A stretch of 56,876 nucleotides of DNA, counting the filler, from Sluysia triapertura (Eukaryota): the NCBI GenBank assembly GCA_046118255.1. It is 4 parts of 4 records of this genome, joined end to end, with 100 filler letters (N's around TTAATTAATTAA, not from the genome) between each part and the next. Parts side by side here need not be neighbours in the genome. Positions count along the whole stretch, not along the records: positions 41,132 to 56,876 come from JBJNIA010220246.1; 3 more parts are not named here. One strand, written 5' to 3'. This document shows positions 50,330 to 56,876 of the stretch, one piece after another; within the stretch, counting starts at the first letter, position 1, and every line of letters begins with the position of its first letter. The notes under the pieces were generated by a model. It was not told the origin of the DNA. It searched no databases and saw nothing but the letters and a program-made list of their open reading frames with translations. Both the position numbers and the translations under genes were made by a program.

Positions 50330-51251
50330 AGAGCTGAGTGTTAAAAGATTGTAAGCTTGTAATGTTTTAGGTGTAAATGTGATGGTTTGAGATGTAATTT
50401 TGATTTTAATGTTATTAAATAATGCGTAAAAATGTTTTAGCTGAGTTTAAAAATGTGGATTGATCGTTTGAACTGGAGGTAATGTTAGATTGTTGAAAAC
50501 TGTAAATCAAAATGTTTTGCGATCTGAAAAATGATTTTAGTGAATCTGAAAGAAATAAAATATAGCGAAGTTTTTGATACATTCTAAAAGGTAGTTGTGC
50601 TATGTTAACAAATATAATTATGATTGTATTCTTATGGAACTATGAATAAAATGTTTCTAGTGAATCTTATATGTAGGTTGTTAATCTGAAATAAATGTAG
50701 TTTTAATGATATACAGTTATGAATTAAAATTGTTTTGAGAAAGTGGATATAAAGTTTGCAATATTTTAAATTAATTTTTTGTTTATGTGTTTGATAATTT
50801 TCGTTATTGAATGTGGAAGAATTAAGAACTAAGATGTTTTAGATAAAATCTGAAAAGTTTGTTTAATAGTTGTTACATTGAATTGTAATTTTGATGTTGT
50901 GAAAATATGAGTTAAAATGTTTCGAGGGAATTTTATGTACTTTATTAGCTTTGAATGTAAGTGTGATTTTAGTGTTGTAAAACCGTGATTTTAAAATGTT
51001 CTGACATGAGAACAGTTTTAGTACATCTAAAAAATAACGTATAAAGAAGGTTTTGATACGTTCTGAAAAGGTACTTGTGCTATGTTAAATAATGTAAATT
51101 TGGTTGTAATGTTATAGAATTATGGGTTGAGTGTTTTGAAAAATAGAATGAAGGTTTTAATGGGTCAAAAGGTGAAATATAAGGTATTATGAGATGTACT
51201 ATTTTGTGAGAAGGAATGATTTTAATTTTGAATAAAAGGTTGGCCACCACA
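50330..51251. mobile_element. Longer relative of the TG...CA element, with an internal ~480-bp tandem duplication
   Basis: Ends in AGGTTGGCCACCACA like 35467. The block gaag(t/g)ttttgatac...aaggta(g/c)ttgtgctatgttaa recurs at ~50567 and ~51046. A related arm lies at ~43135-43270. Confidence 0.55.
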
Positions 51252-53236
51252 ATGATTATTACGATTATATTTATGATTATTTGAATTTCATTTGTGAATT
51301 ATTACTTGGATACCTCGACTCTTTCATTGCTAATATTAATCACACATAACGAAAGTAAGTTGAATTTTAATCACAATTAATTTAAATAAATATTTTCTAT
51401 TTTGTTATTACTATCGTACTATTGCAACTGCAGTACATCTAATAATAGATTTTATTTAATCTAGTTTTTCTTTATTTTCTTTGAGACTCGAACAGAAAAT
51501 GTTGTTATCACTCCATGTTTAGAATCGTGATTTATTAGATAAACACTGTTTACATTGCGGTTGTAAAATAATCTCGTTGTAACACCTTCAACTGGATCTA
51601 TTATAAAGTTGAATCAGAGGAACTACAAAGAATGAAGAATGAAAAGTATAATAACAAGGTTTGCGATCATCATAAGTTATTAATTATTAACAAGTAATAA
51701 TATAACATTATTATTAATATAACATTTTTATTCCTACTTAATTAGTGTAATAATAATCCTTAAGTTTTATGAAAAAATGTACTTTTACAGTAACAATGTA
51801 CCTTTTAGTGGAAATCTTTTGTAAAACTCGACCCTTTTCTGAGACAACAATTTCTATTTCAGTTTCATCACTGTAACAAGCACTACATATTGAGAAAATA
51901 CATCATTAAAAATGCTTAACTAAGTTATCTAGCTAATACAAGACAAAGAGTATTGACTTCTGTATTGATTAAATAATATTGTTTTTATATTTCATTATTT
52001 GAATACTATCTTTCATCAGAAAATAATTAATAAATAATAATTAAACATTTTTAAATATTTTTATATTATATTATTTTGTAAATCTATTGTTGTCGAAGAA
52101 ATTGAAATTTTGTGATTAGTCTTTATTATTATAATTATAATTACAATTATTATTAAATAATTAGAAATAAATAATTGAATTATAATGATAATAATAATGT
52201 TAATAATAATGAAAATAATGATAATAATAATGTTAATGATAATAATGANNNNNNNNNNNNNNNNNNNNNNNNNNNNNNNNNNNNNNNNNNNNNNNNNNNN
52301 NNNNNNNNNNNNNNNNNNNNNNNNNNNNNNNNNNNNNNNNNNNNNNNNNNNNNNNNNNNNNNNNNNNNNNNNNNNNNNNNNNNNNNNNNNNNNNNNNNNN
52401 NNNNNNNNNNNNNNNNNNNNNNNNNNNNNNNNNNNNNNNNNNNNNNNNNNNNNNNNNNNNNNNNNNNNNNNNNNNNNNNNNNNNNNNNNNNNNNNNNNNN
52501 NNNNNNNNNNNNNNNNNNNNNNNNNNNNNNNNNNNNNNNNNNNNNTACATACGCTACGAATTTATGAAACTCCTTCATTATTGATAAATTAATTTCAATT
52601 ATGTCATTAATAATTATTTTCAAAATTAATTTTTATTTATTCAAATATTTGTTCTATTTTAATATTGTTTAAGCTGTTACTGTTTAATAATTTTTTCTAT
52701 TTTTTAAATGTTTATTTAATATTTTTCTATTATTCATATTATTTCCAATTTATGTGATTGTCGAATATTACACATATCAATTTCTTCTATGTTTGTGGTA
52801 CACGTTCTCCTCATAATCAGATAAGCGCATTGGCTCCACGATGGAGCGATCGAGATCATTTTTCCATATTATGCTCAATCATTATTGAATTTAGCTTTAC
52901 TTGTCAAAATGTATTTAAGAAATTGTTATGAACTAGAGTTGTAAATTGAAAAAGATTATCCGGATTTTAATGATTGACTTCTTGCAGTTATGATTATATT
53001 TCTTCTGGTGCTACAGCTGTTGGAACAACTCTGATAAATACTGATAAATGTATTTAGGAAACATTGTTATTATTATTATTATTGTAATTATTATCATCAT
53101 TATTATTATCATTATTGTTATTATCATTATTACTTTCATTTTTATTATTATCAGTATTATTATTATTATCATTGTTATTATTATCATTATTAATATCATT
53201 ATTATAGTTATTATTATTATCACTATTATTATTGTT

Positions 53237-53570
53237 GGGATTGCCCAACTGGGAAACATATAGAACTACAAAATTAAGAAAGAACTGATACTAAGTGACG
53301 TATTGGACATTATAAGCAGTATTGAAATAAGAATCATAAAAATTAACATTTATAATAATGTTAACAGCTAAATAATATCTTGGCATTCCAAAGATCTATC
53401 AAAGATCTTTATGGAAGTTTGAGATGGACTTGAAAAACCTTTTGAAGTATTAAGGTAGTTTTGAACTTGTGAACTGTTAGATTATTTGAGACCTTAAAGC
53501 ATCAATAAGCATTTGAGATCCTTTAGTAATTTTATAAAGTGTGTGAAATCTTTAAAATATTTGAGAAATA
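53237..53570 (+). repeat. Dispersed decayed coding repeat of unknown family (copy 3 of 3)
   Basis: Collinear with 40340-40680. Confidence 0.7.
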
Positions 53571-56019
53571 CAATCATTGTCGTTGATATTAAGAATAAGT
53601 TTAGCATAGTAATGATTAACATAAAGAAATAGAAAAAGGAATTAAAGCGGTGAAGGTGAAGACATCTAGAGCCTCCTGAATACCTTATAAATTACTAAAT
53701 AGCTTTAGAACCTCAATAAAACCTTTAAACATAAAATAAGATTAAGTCTAAAAATAGAATTAATTAATTAAAATCTTAATTAACCTAATTAAGAAAAAGT
53801 ACGTTTTGTGAATAACTTTTGAATGCGGAATGCTATGTTAAATTTGGAATTGTGTATGTATTTGTTTCGGAAAGACCTTTCGATGAAGGTATGGTTTGAA
53901 TAATTGTTAACATCACTTGAAATCAAATTCGAAATTCTGAATGAAATAATTGCTATTTATCTTCTTTTAAAAAATCCATTAGTATCTCTATTTTATAATC
54001 AAGAATCCATTAATGTCCAAATGGATTTCATTAATTTAATTGACTATTTTATTTATTTCATTAATTTAATAGATCTCTGTTTTCATAAATTCTTAATTAC
54101 TTTTAAAATTTGTAATTCTATTTCAATTTAAATTTTGCATACAATAATATTATTATACAATAATAATACAAATTCGTATATAGAAAAATGCACTTCTTTT
54201 TGTGACAACGTAAGAGATTAACAAATGATTAATACATTCGACGAAAGACTTAATTTGATAAATTCTGAAACAAATTCATTTGTTTGTGTCGGTATTTTGT
54301 TAAAAACTGATTAATTTATTCCGCATCAATATTGTTTCGCAATATTTAGTTAAATTTGGATTACGTGTCTCCACGCCAAAATATATTTTGTTTTATTTAC
54401 CAGTATTATTACGTATCACAATTAATCTTAAGTTTTTTCACTTTCAATATTAAGTTTCAGATTTCATTAGTACTTCTATCCTTTACAGCAGAAACAAGTA
54501 GTGTTCCAACTTGCAGATAAGGATGATTTATAAAAGAATTAAACTATACTTATCGATAAGTTAAATTTGAATATTAATTAATACTAAAGTGAATGACTTA
54601 TTACTCAAGTTTTTATCGGAAGTTATTAAACAACGTTTATTTATTAGGAGTGCAAACACAAATTTCTATTTAAATGTTTTAATTTTACATCCTGAATAGA
54701 AATGCAAAGTTAGAGTTGAACACTTAAAGTAAAACAAATACATTCAAATTTTATTTTTAAAAATAAATTCCGCAAATCGCTAAAATTAACAAGTGATAAT
54801 AATAATACTCTTAATAAATAACCAAAAATAAAAAAATAAGTAAATGAAATTCAAAAAATTTATTAAATAACAACTTTACAAACTTTGATATATTCACTTA
54901 TATTTATAAATTTTATTATTTCAGTATATATAAAAACTCTGATAGGATTGATAATAATAAACAAACAATAATGATTTTAAGATGACAATAGGGAATTACA
55001 GTAACTGCACGGGAAGAAAAAATGAGGTTTAATAGAAAGAATTACACAAACGGATTCTGTTGGGAAGAATGGATTGATAAGATAAAAACGAAAACTTCGA
55101 GGTGATATGAAACACATACAAAAACATGGGGCAAGGGAAAAACAGTTATACAATTATTTTATATATAAAAATACAACTTAAAAAATTAGAAAAATGACAT
55201 AATACGATTAACGTTAAATATATAATAAAAAAATTAAACTTGTAAGGGAGGTTTTTTGAATAATACCTAAAACTAATCACATAATATAGTAAGTACTTTT
55301 GACACTTCTGAATCACATTAATGTAACTTGGTATAATTGTATTAAACATTGTTGTCACAATCTGTTGTACAAACCGTAATTTTAAATACTCATTATATTA
55401 AACATCTATTCTAAAATTAAGACATTTACAAAAATATTTTGTGCTAAAAGTACAAATATTTGAATTTTAAAATCTGAGATGCATACACAATAAACTGTGT
55501 GTATGCGTGTGTAGTATGTGTGTATAGTAGACATTTTGCAATACAACTATACCAATTAATTAATAAAGGTCATTTTTCAGATGAAATTTCAAACATCATT
55601 GTTAGAAAAATACTAAAATAAAATATATATGAATAACACAAGCACAAACTAAAATAATTAATGTGTAATTTTTTAAAAAAACAGAACAAAAATAGAAAAG
55701 AAACACGCTATTAGTATTTCATAAACTACATTTTAAAAATAATAATAATATAATAATAGTAATAAGGAAATAATAATAATGATAACAATTATGTGAATAT
55801 TATGTTTATTAATACTGAAATACTTATGTTGAAATTTATTATGAGAATTATTATAAAAGTTGTTATAAAAGTTATTATTTGATATTTATATTATACAACA
55901 ATAATAATATATACAATTATTATATATATTTTAATACGATCTGAATTTTAATAATAATAGCCATAGTTCATGATAATTAGATGTGATGGTCACGTTCGTT
56001 TTTGAATGAGTTTAGTAGT

Positions 56020-56700
56020 TTGTTTAATAGTCTGTGTATATGTGAAGTGCTTTTGTATGATGGATTTTGTGTGAAGAATTCCCTACAGTAACATCATCTT
56101 TATTGAAGAAGTTGACATGTGAAAGTAAATGCATTGACTTTTAGATTTATTAAACATTTTAAATGTTTTTCGTAGTTCTTCACATTCTTCATCAGAATTA
56201 TGAAATTATTTTCGTTTTTGTTTGCTCAATTTCGTTGACTTTTTAAACATTTTACAATACTAAATGACAGTAAAATATGACAACAAACGTGTATTTTAGT
56301 TTCTAGACAATTTTATTAATATTAAAGCTAATATTATGTTTGATTTTTAATATTAACTGCTGCAAGATTACTTTTTAATTCACTAGCTCCAGTTGTTAAT
56401 AATTCTAAAAAAGTATTATATTCTTTGTGCGTTTTCTAATTTTTAAAATCAATTTCTGGATTTTATTATGTAACCAATAATTTTTCTTTGCTTAATGAGA
56501 ACCTCTCTGTTAATACTGTAATTTTTCTTTCTAAACTAAAGCAAATGATTGGACAACCAATCGATTATGAATATTTTGCATTCAATCTATGTGGTAACTG
56601 TTGCTGCAACAAAGAGATAAATTAACACACCAAGCAACTGCTATCAGTCGACAGTTAGTAAGACATCCTAAAGTGAATTTAATTAAACTGTCGACTGGTT
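56020..56700 (-). mobile_element. Second, more decayed copy of the 48260-50108 element
   Basis: CAGTCGACAGTT...AACTGTCGACTG (56645-56697), GATTGGACAACCAATC (56547-56562), and 56260-56310 aligns with 49512-49557. Confidence 0.55.
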
Positions 56701-56826
56701 ATGCTATATAATAAAAAGTAATATTTAAGTGTTGAGTGTTTAGTGAAAATGATAACGTCAATGAAGATACTAATGATAATAAATAATATTAATAATAATA
56801 AAATATTAATAATGATATATAAAATA

Positions 56827-56876
<50 letters not shown>

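Overview
Very AT-rich eukaryotic (animal) scaffold with assembly gaps and many (ATT)n microsatellites. The 34-37 nt GT-AG introns and base composition suggest a compact invertebrate genome; an orthonectid such as Intoshia is my guess, not shown by the sequence. Host genes: a complete 9-exon IFT74 (minus strand, 574 aa), one exon of an SLC4A11-like transporter, an orphan 363-aa ORF and a possible Unkempt-type CCCH exon. Most of the rest is decayed mobile DNA: hAT, mariner, Tc2/pogo and Ginger-like MITEs, Tigger, Tc1 and piggyBac remnants, Gag relics, a Ulp1-protease-bearing element, and a tandem ubiquitin-like + retropepsin (Ddi1-like) pseudogene. Two results stand out. (1) About 12 copies of a ~50-nt bulged stem-loop from three sequence-divergent subfamilies share one fold with compensatory changes; in at least five copies it follows an array of short hairpins. 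(2) A multicopy 72-nt tRNA-like gene has two of its three copies interrupted at the same D-arm nucleotide, one by the 3' end of an RLE (R2/NeSL-type) retrotransposon, pointing to a tRNA-targeting site-specific element. All alignments and translations were done by eye; no database searches were run.
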